Below, piece by piece: positions 47,650-56,439 of a stretch of DNA of 64,000 nucleotides (positions within the stretch are counted from its first letter, which is position 1; each line of letters begins with the position of its first letter). This DNA is from Treponema sp. (GTDB taxonomy: Bacteria; Spirochaetota; Spirochaetia; Treponematales; Treponemataceae). The notes beneath the pieces are model-generated. The model ran no database searches and was not told the origin of the DNA. It worked only from the letters and a program-made list of their open reading frames with translations. The stretch covers positions 46,155-110,154 of the forward strand of contig SFOB01000001.1 in the NCBI GenBank assembly GCA_004554075.1. The letters run 5' to 3'. The position numbers were made by a program, and so were the translations under genes.

Positions 47650-47687
47650 GTCATTGCGAGGAGCACATTAGGGCGATGTGGCAATTC
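47650..47687 (+). repeat. GTCA-tagged REP/RPE-like palindrome (homologue of 11333)
   Basis: GTCATTGCGAGGAGCACATTAGGGCGATGTGGCAATTC. Confidence 0.75.
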
Positions 47688-47690
47688 TCA

Positions 47691-49397
47691 TCAATAACCG
47701 TCTGACATTTCCCTATTAGCGTCTTTTTTACAGAGTTCATCATATACAAGCGAGCGCTTGCGGAGGTCTTCCTTGAGAGGTTTAGGGAACGGCATGTTAC
47801 GCCAGAAGATTCCGCGGACATCCTTGTCGAGGCGCTGAACTCCGGTGGCTTCCTTTGTCATCCAGAGGATGTAATCTTCAATAAAGAATTCCTTTACATC
47901 ACCCTTAAGCTTCATCTGGTCAAAGTGCTGATAGTACTGACCGGTAAGACCTTCTTCCATCCAGTAGTAAGAAGCCTTTTCCTTGGCAACCTGCCAGCGC
48001 AAATCTGCAACGGCGGTAAGAACTGCAATCTTCAGATCTTTTGGATACATTGGAACAACAATACGTCCACGGCTTGTTACACGGTTGTAACGGTCAAAAG
48101 GTTCCCAGCAGAAACCACGGTCACCGTAAGTTGGAACAAGCAGAACATAAGGAACAATTCTGTTTGGAATATTCTTGTGGATTCGATGGAAAACACCCGG
48201 GTCCAGAGATTCAATCCAGCGCAGAACATCAATTACATTTTCGCGGGTTCCGGTGCCACGCTCTGTACAATGGTAGAATTCACGTGTAAAAATCGGGAAC
48301 TGATTACCACGGCGACCAACAGTCATTTTTGCCATCTGGCGGACAGTTTCAAATTCAATCTTTACGGCTTCTGTATCATTTGTGGAAACGGCTGCTCCTC
48401 CACCCATATTGATTTTATCCTGAACGTTATCGTAGGTTGCTTTTGCTTCCTTAAACTCTTCAAGAACTTTGGAAAGTTCCTTGTCGTTCTTTGAAAGACG
48501 GTGAAGAATATCTGTAATCTCCGGCAAAAGCTTTCGCTGCATATCAGTATAACCGGCAGTATGATTTTCAAGTCCAAGAATTGGATTATGCTGACACAAG
48601 TCTTCTATATCACGCTGTAACTCACCTTCGAGCATACGGCGTTCATTTTCCTTTATTCCAAGAAGGTTTTCTGAACTCTGAAGCTTACCAGAATTCTTTG
48701 CCTGCAGCTGCATAAGGCGAGACTGTTCTGCAGAAGCGGCCTGATCCGGAGTCATATTTGCGGTACGGGTCTGCTTCTTTTCATCAGTTGCAGAATTTGA
48801 CATGCGGCCGGAAGCTATTTCCTTAAACCACTCGTCGGTATACATGATTGGTTCTGCTTCTCTGTTCTCAAAGAAAATCTTTGAAAAGTAATCTTTTGAT
48901 TCCTGCTTAAAAAGTGAAGGAAGAAGAACACCGTAGCGAACCATCATTTTCTTTGGCATTGGAGTGTCTGGAAAGGCCATTTTGCCTACCATTCCGCGTA
49001 AAAGCTCCCAGTAAGCGGTAACAATCTGCTGACGGTAAACGGCACGGTCTTTTGGATCCTGACAGGTAAGATATTTAGAAAGAATCTGATGTACACGCTG
49101 AGCCGACTGATTTTCGCCGGTAAGCGCTGTTTTATAATATTTTGTATCGTTAAAAACGTCAGAAGGTGTATCGTTTGTAAATTTTTCGATTGGCGCAAAT
49201 TCTGTACGACTTAAATCAACTTCATGAATAGATTTATTTGAGCCCGAAAACGAAGAAGAAGAGCTTGCTGAACTACTTGAAGAAGGAGAACCAAAGGAAA
49301 AAGCATTTGTTGATTCTACAGCTGTATCGTCCGCAGCAGCCCCACTATCAGATTGAGATAAAAGTGCTGCAATTTCCGGATCCAATCCATCGCTCAT
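47691..49397 (-). CDS. Cytoplasmic hypothetical protein
   Basis: 568-aa ORF with GGAG SD, coiled coil and a conserved-looking C-terminal domain (VPTYGDRGFCWEPF, WMEEGLTG). Confidence 0.8.
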   Translation of the reverse strand: MSDGLDPEIAALLSQSDSGAAADDTAVESTNAFSFGSPSSSSSASSSSSFSGSNKSIHEVDLSRTEFAPIEKFTNDTPSDVFNDTKYYKTALTGENQSAQRVHQILSKYLTCQDPKDRAVYRQQIVTAYWELLRGMVGKMAFPDTPMPKKMMVRYGVLLPSLFKQESKDYFSKIFFENREAEPIMYTDEWFKEIASGRMSNSATDEKKQTRTANMTPDQAASAEQSRLMQLQAKNSGKLQSSENLLGIKENERRMLEGELQRDIEDLCQHNPILGLENHTAGYTDMQRKLLPEITDILHRLSKNDKELSKVLEEFKEAKATYDNVQDKINMGGGAAVSTNDTEAVKIEFETVRQMAKMTVGRRGNQFPIFTREFYHCTERGTGTRENVIDVLRWIESLDPGVFHRIHKNIPNRIVPYVLLVPTYGDRGFCWEPFDRYNRVTSRGRIVVPMYPKDLKIAVLTAVADLRWQVAKEKASYYWMEEGLTGQYYQHFDQMKLKGDVKEFFIEDYILWMTKEATGVQRLDKDVRGIFWRNMPFPKPLKEDLRKRSLVYDELCKKDANREMSDGY

Positions 49398-49534
49398 AAA
49401 AATCTCCTGTAAAAAGCCCAGAGGCCTTAATAAATATTACCTATAATTATAGGGCATAAAATCCAAAATCGCAATAAAATCTAGGTATCATATTGCACAA
49501 AAATATAAAATACTATAATATAGCAAACACCAAC

Positions 49535-49608
49535 GGGGAATTAGCTCAGTTGGCTAGAGCATCGGCTTTGCAAGCCGAGGGTCAGGGGTTCGAGCCCCCT
49601 ATTCTCCA
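49535..49608 (+). tRNA. tRNA-Ala(UGC)
   Basis: Cloverleaf: acceptor stem GGGGAAT/ATTCTCC with G3:U70, anticodon arm TCGGC-TT-TGC-AA-GCCGA, GGTTCGA T-loop; CCA not encoded. Confidence 0.97.
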
Positions 49609-49610
49609 CT

Positions 49611-49641
49611 ATCCTGAAGGTAAACCTTCAGGATTTTTTTT
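49611..49641 (+). terminator. Intrinsic terminator after the tRNA
   Basis: ATCCTGAAGG-TAAA-CCTTCAGGAT followed by a T-run. Confidence 0.9.
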
Positions 49642-49768
49642 CGCTGACCAGCCCCTTGTTTTTTACAGACTTTTCTACCTTTTCCGGCCTTTTGCCAAAA
49701 AAAGTTGCAGAAATGCTTTTTTTTTGTATAGTAATCCTTAGGGAGATTATTTCCTAAGGAGATTTTTT

Positions 49769-50353
49769 ATGAAAAAGATAACAATTGCAGCTATGCTTTT
49801 AGCAGCTTTATTATTAATTACAAGCTGTGCTGGTGCTACAGGAATTTCAACTGACGATTGTACAGAAACCACTGATATTTTTAATCCTGCTGATGGTAAC
49901 TGGACAGTCGTAACAAAGGGAAATACCAATTTTCTAGGATTATCAGCTGACTTTGAAACAAACTTAAAAGTTACAATTGCCAATAATCAGTGGACAGTTA
50001 AAGAAGCAAAATCCTCTTATAAGTTTAAGACTGAAGATCTAGTTGACAAAACTATTTTTGACGCTATCATAAATACTCCACTTGAAAACCAGTATTTCGA
50101 GCAATTGAAAGAAACCTACAAACCGATTTATGAACAACTAGGATACACAGTAGAAAATATTGATATAAATGATTCAAATATTACTATTGCACTTAAAGTT
50201 CCTGAAGAAAACTTAAACACCACTACTGTGCCTTTTCCTTCCACAAGTGCTTCAGTAAAGACAAACAAGGAAAATACTAAATACACATGGACATCAACTT
50301 TTACGTCTTCAGGAAATGAATATACTCAAACATATATTTACATTAAAGAGTAA
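49769..50353 (+). CDS. Hypothetical lipoprotein
   Basis: MKK signal peptide with LITSC lipobox; AGGAG SD; visibly AT-rich. Confidence 0.8.
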   Translation: MKKITIAAMLLAALLLITSCAGATGISTDDCTETTDIFNPADGNWTVVTKGNTNFLGLSADFETNLKVTIANNQWTVKEAKSSYKFKTEDLVDKTIFDAIINTPLENQYFEQLKETYKPIYEQLGYTVENIDINDSNITIALKVPEENLNTTTVPFPSTSASVKTNKENTKYTWTSTFTSSGNEYTQTYIYIKE

Positions 50354-50379
50354 TCTTTTCTTATAAGATATAATGTTAC

Positions 50380-50419
50380 AAGACCGTACAACCAATGTGA
50401 GATGTACGGTCTTTTTTTT
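50380..50419 (+). terminator. Intrinsic terminator
   Basis: AAGACCGTACA/TGTACGGTCTT stem followed by a T-run. Confidence 0.75.
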
Positions 50420-50493
50420 ATCCTCGTTGTAAAAATGCTGTTTTTTCATTATATTTATATAGTATTGTTTGTATTTTATAGGAGAAAATATAT

Positions 50494-52152
50494 ATGGCAG
50501 ACACAATGCATGCATTGGAAAAGAACCCTAAATGGAAGGGTCGTCGTGGTCCTGTTGTCCTGGTTATTATGGACGGCGTTGGATATGGTAAGTATGAAGA
50601 TGGAGATGCAGTTAAGGCTTCTAAGATGAAGTACCTGGACTGGTTTACTGCTAACTGCCCTCACACTAAGCTCAAGGCTCACGGAACTGCTGTTGGTCTT
50701 CCTACTGATGATGATATGGGTAACTCTGAGGTTGGTCACAATGCTATGGGTTGCGGCCGCGTTTTTGCTCAGGGTGCTAAGCTTGTTGGTGAATCTATTG
50801 CTTCTGGCAGTATGTTTGAAGGCGCTGTTTGGAAGAAACTTGTAAAGAATGTTCAGGACAAGGGAACTACTTTCCACCTTATGGGTCTTGTTTCTGATGG
50901 TAACGTTCACTCTCACATTGACCACCTTAAAGCTATGATTACTCAGGCTCACAAGGAAGGTGTTAAGACTCTCCGCGTTCACGCTCTTCTGGACGGACGC
51001 GATGTTCCTCCTACTTCAGCTCTTGAATATTTTGAACCTCTTGAAAAATTCCTTGCTGAGTTCAGCGATGTTGATTATCAGATTGCTTCTGGTGGTGGAC
51101 GTATGTACATCACTATGGACCGCTACGGTGCTGACTGGAGCATGGTAGAGCGCGGATGGCACGCTCATGTTCTTGCTGATGGTCGTCAGTTTACAAGCGC
51201 TACTGAAGCTATCAATACATACCGCAGTGAAAATGCAGGCCTCCTCGACCAGGATATGCACGAGTTTGTAATCGCTAAAGACGGAAAGCCTGTAGGACCA
51301 ATCGTTGACGGCGACTCTGTAATCTTCTTCAACTTCCGCGGTGACCGCTCTCTTGAAATTACGGCTGCTTTCGAAGAGGATAACTTTACTCACTTTGACC
51401 GCGTACGCCGCCCTGCTGTTGAATATGCAGGTATGATGGAATACGATGGAGATAACCACAAGCCTGCTCAGTACCTTGTAAACCCACCAAGCATTGACCG
51501 CACAATGGGCGAATATCTTACAAAGACTGGTGTTCACCTTATGGCAATTTCTGAAACTCAGAAATACGGTCACGTTACTTACTTCTTCAACGGTAACCGC
51601 CCTGGTGAATTCGACAAGAATCTTGAAACATATATTGAAGTTCCATCTGATGTTGTTCCTTTCGAGCAGCGCCCATGGATGAAGTGTGCAGAAATTACTG
51701 ACAAGGTAATTGAAGCTATTGAAAGCGGAAAATATGACCACATCCGTCTTAACTACCCTAACGGTGATATGGTTGGACACACTGGTGTATTCAACGCAGT
51801 TGTATGTTCTATGGAAGGTATGGATCTTCAGCTTGGTCGTCTTAAGGCAGCTATTGAAAAGGCAGGCGGTATTCTCTGTCTCACTGCTGACCACGGAAAC
51901 TCAGACGATATGTACGAGCACAAAAAGGACGGTTCTGTTGCTATGGGCGCTGACGGCGAACCAAAGCCAAAGACATCTCACTCTTTGAACCCTGTTCCTG
52001 GTATCATCTACGACCCAGAATACAAGGGAGAATACGAACTTGAACTCAACAGCGGTCTTGGTATTTCAAGCTGGCCTGCAACACTCATGACTTTGATGGG
52101 ATTTGTGCCACCAACAGATTATGACAAATCGATGATCAACCTGACAAAGTAA
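50494..52152 (+). CDS. gpmI: 2,3-bisphosphoglycerate-independent phosphoglycerate mutase
   Basis: MGNSEVGH, DGRD, NFRGDR, SETQKYGHVT, DMVGHTG and TADHGN motifs. Confidence 0.97.
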   Translation: MADTMHALEKNPKWKGRRGPVVLVIMDGVGYGKYEDGDAVKASKMKYLDWFTANCPHTKLKAHGTAVGLPTDDDMGNSEVGHNAMGCGRVFAQGAKLVGESIASGSMFEGAVWKKLVKNVQDKGTTFHLMGLVSDGNVHSHIDHLKAMITQAHKEGVKTLRVHALLDGRDVPPTSALEYFEPLEKFLAEFSDVDYQIASGGGRMYITMDRYGADWSMVERGWHAHVLADGRQFTSATEAINTYRSENAGLLDQDMHEFVIAKDGKPVGPIVDGDSVIFFNFRGDRSLEITAAFEEDNFTHFDRVRRPAVEYAGMMEYDGDNHKPAQYLVNPPSIDRTMGEYLTKTGVHLMAISETQKYGHVTYFFNGNRPGEFDKNLETYIEVPSDVVPFEQRPWMKCAEITDKVIEAIESGKYDHIRLNYPNGDMVGHTGVFNAVVCSMEGMDLQLGRLKAAIEKAGGILCLTADHGNSDDMYEHKKDGSVAMGADGEPKPKTSHSLNPVPGIIYDPEYKGEYELELNSGLGISSWPATLMTLMGFVPPTDYDKSMINLTK

Positions 52153-52247
52153 ACTTTGCAGGTTATCATCATTATCAGAGGACGGCTCTTTTGCGCCGCC
52201 TCAGAAATTAGATTCAAACTGACAGTCCTTCGGACTGCAGTTTAATC
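52131..52247. repeat. Three tandem ~40-bp bulged hairpins resembling attC L-box cores
   Basis: Units 1 and 3 read T[C]AAxCTG[A]CA...TGCAGxTT; unit 2 reads GAGG[A]CGGC...GCCGCCTC. Confidence 0.6.
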
Positions 52248-52260
52248 CATACTGCAATAT

Positions 52261-52300
52261 AAAAAAGAGGCCGGACATTTTTAAGATGTCCGGCCTTTTT
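52261..52300. terminator. Bidirectional terminator between convergent gpmI and purB
   Basis: A-run, AGGCCGGACAT/ATGTCCGGCCT stem, T-run. Confidence 0.85.
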
Positions 52301-52326
52301 ATTTCAGAGAGCAATGACTTCCTGAT

Positions 52327-53748
52327 TTATTTCATTAATTTCTTATACTTCTGTGCAAGTCTCTTAGACTTAACTGCAGCCAAACCACAGTAGTTGCTTG
52401 GATGCTCAAAGAAGTTTGCAGGATTCTCAACACCGAGTTTTTCGAGCTGGGCTGTGATGTCTGCATATTCTTTTTCGTGAGTCTTGAGAACTTCGAAGAA
52501 GGTCTTTCCGCTCTGCTCTGCTTCGAGGGTAATCTTGCGGATAACTTCGTGGCCGTCGTTGTAGCCTGCTTCTCCAAGAAGGATGTAAGCTGGTTCAGCC
52601 AAAACACCACCGCGAACTTTTCCGCCAGCATTTTCGAGATTTCTTGCCATGCCTTCCTTATCAGCCTGGAGCCCCTTAACAACTGAATTCATGCGGGCAA
52701 CTGCCATTGTAAAGCCAGAAACATAGTCTGCGATAAAGCGCTGGCTGGCGCTATTAGTAAGGTCACGCTGATGTTCTGAAATCTGATCCATATAGAAAGT
52801 GATTACGCGAGGACACATTGCCTTCCACAAAGACTTAACATGCTCGCTGTTCCATGGGTTTCTCTTCTGTGGCATTGTTGAAGAACCAACCTGAGTTGCA
52901 GCAAAGTACTCGAATACTTCACCAATTTCAGAACGCTGAAGGTTTCTCAAATCATCAGCAAGGTTTGCGATAATTCCGAATGCTACGTTCATCTCAAGCA
53001 AAAGTCTCAATACATATTCAGGTTCAACAAGCTGATTTGAATACTCGCTCGGAGTAAGTCCCAGGAACTCAGTATATGTGCGCTCGAGTTCTTCTGGATC
53101 TTTTACGATCATAGATGGTCCGTTGTAAGAACCTACAGGGCCGGCAAGCTTTCCTACCAGCTGGTTAGAAAGTTCATCAATGCGGAGAATAGACTTTCCA
53201 AGGCGGCTAACGAATTCAGCAATGCTCCATCCGAAAGTGATTGGAACAGCATGCTGTCCGTGTGTACGGCCAACCTGTGGAGTAGCGCATTCACGCTCAG
53301 CGATATCACAAAGATAATTTTCAAGCTTTTTAAGTTCTGGAAGCACAACATTCTGAGTAACGTCGCGCATACGGCAGCTGAGGGCTGTATCAAGAATATC
53401 AACCGAAGTAGCTCCAAGGTGAATGAGAGGTCCTATCTCTGAATCAACCTTAGTCTTCATAACGTTTACAAGGGCACGGATATTGTGCTTTGTTTTTTCT
53501 TCTTCTGTGTAAACTTCCTGAGGGTCGATATTTGCGGCAACGTCATCGAGAGTTTTAGCAATCTCATCAGTCAATTTGCCGCGCAATTTAAGGTGAGCTT
53601 TTACAAGAGCTGCTTCACATTTAGCGCAGGAACGGATAGAAGCTTCTTCTGAAATATACTTAGAAAGGCCGGCAAATGCATCGGCTTCCGACAAAGAGTA
53701 TCTGTGATCGATACAAGAAAGGTTTTCAAAAATGTTTCGTGTTTCCAT
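52327..53748 (-). CDS. purB: Adenylosuccinate lyase
   Basis: HLGATSVD, GRTHGQHA, GSSTMPQKRNP and HQRDLTNS motifs. Confidence 0.95.
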   Translation of the reverse strand: METRNIFENLSCIDHRYSLSEADAFAGLSKYISEEASIRSCAKCEAALVKAHLKLRGKLTDEIAKTLDDVAANIDPQEVYTEEEKTKHNIRALVNVMKTKVDSEIGPLIHLGATSVDILDTALSCRMRDVTQNVVLPELKKLENYLCDIAERECATPQVGRTHGQHAVPITFGWSIAEFVSRLGKSILRIDELSNQLVGKLAGPVGSYNGPSMIVKDPEELERTYTEFLGLTPSEYSNQLVEPEYVLRLLLEMNVAFGIIANLADDLRNLQRSEIGEVFEYFAATQVGSSTMPQKRNPWNSEHVKSLWKAMCPRVITFYMDQISEHQRDLTNSASQRFIADYVSGFTMAVARMNSVVKGLQADKEGMARNLENAGGKVRGGVLAEPAYILLGEAGYNDGHEVIRKITLEAEQSGKTFFEVLKTHEKEYADITAQLEKLGVENPANFFEHPSNYCGLAAVKSKRLAQKYKKLMK

Positions 53749-53803
53749 AAACGCATTATAGCGAATTTTATGGATATGGGGAATAGAATTAAGAAATCAA
53801 AAA

Positions 53804-53864
53804 CGTCACCCTGAACTTGTTTCAGCATCTATAGAAAAGATCCCGAAACAAGTTCGGGATGACG
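53804..53864. repeat. Inverted pair of GTCA-tagged REPs
   Basis: CGTCACCCTGAACTTGTTTCAGCATCT ... AGATCCCGAAACAAGTTCGGGATGACG. Confidence 0.88.
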
Positions 53865-53967
53865 TTTTTTTGTTGAACAAATCTACAAATCTCTTTATGA
53901 TTGCCCTTAAATAAAAAAAAGCCGTTCGTAAGCTTCGGCAGAAATTTTTACTAAGTGAGGTACTACT

Positions 53968-54525
53968 ATGACTATTAAACCTTTTGACTTTAAGCTGAAA
54001 GATGGACGTACAGCTACCATTCTTTCCCCACGTGACCAGGATATCAATGGAGTAATTGAATATCTTAAAATTTCTGCAGCCGAAACCGAGTTTATTTTAC
54101 GCTACCCGGAAGAATGCGATAAATATACCTACGAAGCAGAAAAGGCAATTTTTGACCGCATGAATGCCTCTGAAGATGAAGCCATGCTCATCTGCCTTGT
54201 AGACGGCAAGGTTGCAGGAAACTGTGGTATCCATTTCAGCAATAAACTGAAGACCCGTCACCGCGCCGGAGTTGCAATTGCCCTTTGTAAGGAATTCTGG
54301 AATCTTGGGATTGGCACCCGTATGTTCGAGGAAATGGAAAAGCTTGCTTTGACAAAACCTTACGTTCAGATTCTTGAACTTGATTTTGTTGAAGGAAATA
54401 CACGTGCCCGCGCACTGTACGAGAAGATGGGCTATAAAATCACAGGCCGCCGACCAGAAGCAATCTGTCTGAAAGACGGAAAACTGCTTGATGAATACAT
54501 GATGCAGAAAAAGCTGAAACGATAA
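53968..54525 (+). CDS. GNAT-family acetyltransferase
   Basis: KEFWNLGIGTRM and NTRARALYEKMGY motifs; GAGGT SD. Confidence 0.92.
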   Translation: MTIKPFDFKLKDGRTATILSPRDQDINGVIEYLKISAAETEFILRYPEECDKYTYEAEKAIFDRMNASEDEAMLICLVDGKVAGNCGIHFSNKLKTRHRAGVAIALCKEFWNLGIGTRMFEEMEKLALTKPYVQILELDFVEGNTRARALYEKMGYKITGRRPEAICLKDGKLLDEYMMQKKLKR

Positions 54526-54536
54526 GTCTGATTTTA

Positions 54537-55187
54537 CTAGTTCTCGTAAATCGGTTCAAAGTCGTCAGCTGGGTGTCCGCAAATCGGACACTCAAAATCT
54601 GCAGGCAGTTCAGAACCGTCATATTCATAACCGCAGATTTTACAACGCCAGCCTTTTATTTTCTTTTCAGGACCGGCCACACTGACAGAACCAGCTGCAC
54701 CGGCACCAGCCTTATTCTTTATATCACTTTGATAATATGCATAAGTCATTGGCTCAGTTGCAGCAAGCACCTTAGCATCAGTAACTTCTGCAATAAAAAG
54801 CATATGGCTTCCTAAATCAAGTTTATTGCAAACCTTAGCCTCAATTACAGCACAAGCCTCAGCCGAAATATATGGACAGTCGTTTGCCCCTTTCTCATAG
54901 GAGAAGTCTGCAAACTTATCAGCATTGCGGCCACTCTGATATCCAAATCTTTTTATTGTTTCAAAAGAGCAGGATTTAGCTAAAACAGAAAGCGCAAAGA
55001 CACCGCTCTCTTCTATCATTTCGCAGGTGAGATTCTGTTTGATTACTGAAATTGCAATTCTGGTAGGACTGTTTGCAGCCTGAAAACAGGTATTAGTAAT
55101 GCAGGCGTTGATTTTAGAACCATCAGCATTTTTAGTTCCCAGCAGGAATACTCCATACTGCAAGCTGTAAAGAGCTTTGTTATCCAT
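54537..55187 (-). CDS. Flavin reductase-like protein with a C-terminal rubredoxin domain
   Basis: LQYGVF, FGYQSGRNADKF and LGSHMLFIAEV motifs; WRCKICGY...CPICG. Confidence 0.9.
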   Translation of the reverse strand: MDNKALYSLQYGVFLLGTKNADGSKINACITNTCFQAANSPTRIAISVIKQNLTCEMIEESGVFALSVLAKSCSFETIKRFGYQSGRNADKFADFSYEKGANDCPYISAEACAVIEAKVCNKLDLGSHMLFIAEVTDAKVLAATEPMTYAYYQSDIKNKAGAGAAGSVSVAGPEKKIKGWRCKICGYEYDGSELPADFECPICGHPADDFEPIYEN

Positions 55188-55227
55188 ATAGGCCTCCTGT
55201 ATCCTGTCAGGAATTAATTTTGTAGGA

Positions 55228-56439
55228 CTAATTCAAAACAGTCATTGGATTAATTGTCTTACCGTTTTTATAAACAGTAAAATGAAGGTGTGGACCGGTA
55301 CTCATACCAGTTGAACCAACATAGCCGATTATAGTATTTGTATAAACGAAATTACCTTTGCGGCAGGCAGTAGTTTTCATATGACCATAAAGAGTTTTAT
55401 AGCCTGAATGATGGGTAATAATTACATAGTTTCCGTAAGTTGCATTGTAGCCTACTGCAGTTACAGTTCCATCAAGGGCAGCATAAATTGGAGTTCCCTG
55501 AGAAACAGCCATATCAACACCACCATGGAAGGTACGTTTACCTGCATTGAATGGAGAAGCACGCCAGCCATAGTTAGAAGAAAGCCAGTAGCGGGCATGA
55601 AGAGGCTTTTTGAAAAGATCTCCGTTGATTTCCTGGCGGGTTGCCCAGTCCAGCTCTGCATCAGGTACAAAAAGTGAAGTACCGGCTTTAAGCTCAGTAT
55701 CCAGGCTTACATAATTTGCGCTGGCACACTTTTCTCCATTTACCTTATACTTTTCTGCAATAGTAGCAGGAGTTTCCCCGTTTTTCTTTACAGTATAAAT
55801 AATTCCAGGCATAGAAGGAATTTTAAGATACTGGCCAGGCTGAATAAGGCGTGACTGTTTGATATTGTTTACACTGATAATTGTATCCTGAGTTACATCA
55901 AAAGCATCTGCAATAAAGCCAATCATATCGCCGGATTTTACGCGATATGTCTGATAGGTAATAATAGAAGAATCTGCATCAGAATTAGCAGCATTTTCTG
56001 CGGCAACTTCAGAAGCACCGCCATTTTCAGCAGAAGCTATATCATTTTCCACCTCTGCAAGCAGGCTGGAAAGGTTTTCCTCATATTCCGGCTCAGCAGA
56101 AGTTTCAAGACCACCCACACCATGGCGGGAATCCGGGCGGCGGGCAGTGATTAAAAGACAGGTTAAAAATACACCGGCACAAAAACCGAGAACTGAGAGA
56201 CAAACGACCTGTACTGAATTAGATTTAAAGCTCATACCAACACTTTTTACCAATCTATTAATTATACATTGGAATCTTTCAGAAATAAAGCATTTTTTTT
56301 GAGTTTCAGTTTCAGTCCAGTTATCAAACTTCAGATCGAATTTTCTCTCTAATTTTGACTCAGACTTCGGTTTGCTATATGCTTCGCGGCTTGCTTCGCA
56401 CTTTTTTAGAAAAGACTTTTCCCCTATTTTATCACTCAT
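55228..56439 (-). CDS. LysM-domain M23 peptidase
   Basis: TM, two LysM domains (YRVKSGD, YTVKKNGET), HGGVD, YGH and STGPHLHF motifs. Confidence 0.93.
   Translation of the reverse strand: MSDKIGEKSFLKKCEASREAYSKPKSESKLERKFDLKFDNWTETETQKKCFISERFQCIINRLVKSVGMSFKSNSVQVVCLSVLGFCAGVFLTCLLITARRPDSRHGVGGLETSAEPEYEENLSSLLAEVENDIASAENGGASEVAAENAANSDADSSIITYQTYRVKSGDMIGFIADAFDVTQDTIISVNNIKQSRLIQPGQYLKIPSMPGIIYTVKKNGETPATIAEKYKVNGEKCASANYVSLDTELKAGTSLFVPDAELDWATRQEINGDLFKKPLHARYWLSSNYGWRASPFNAGKRTFHGGVDMAVSQGTPIYAALDGTVTAVGYNATYGNYVIITHHSGYKTLYGHMKTTACRKGNFVYTNTIIGYVGSTGMSTGPHLHFTVYKNGKTINPMTVLN

Noticed and set aside
49493..49741. 82-aa ORF
   Set aside because: Overlaps tRNA-Ala and its terminator.
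51016..51894. 292-aa antisense ORF in gpmI (also 29381-30274, 38896-39591 and similar)
   Set aside because: Shadow or alternate-frame ORFs produced by codon bias in real genes; no protein motifs.
53601..53828. ORF starting MLKQVQGD
   Set aside because: Start lies in the REP and the ORF is out of frame within purB.
53913..53940. Small GCCG/CGGC hairpin with an A-run before the GNAT gene
   Set aside because: Stem too short to call a terminator or repeat with confidence.
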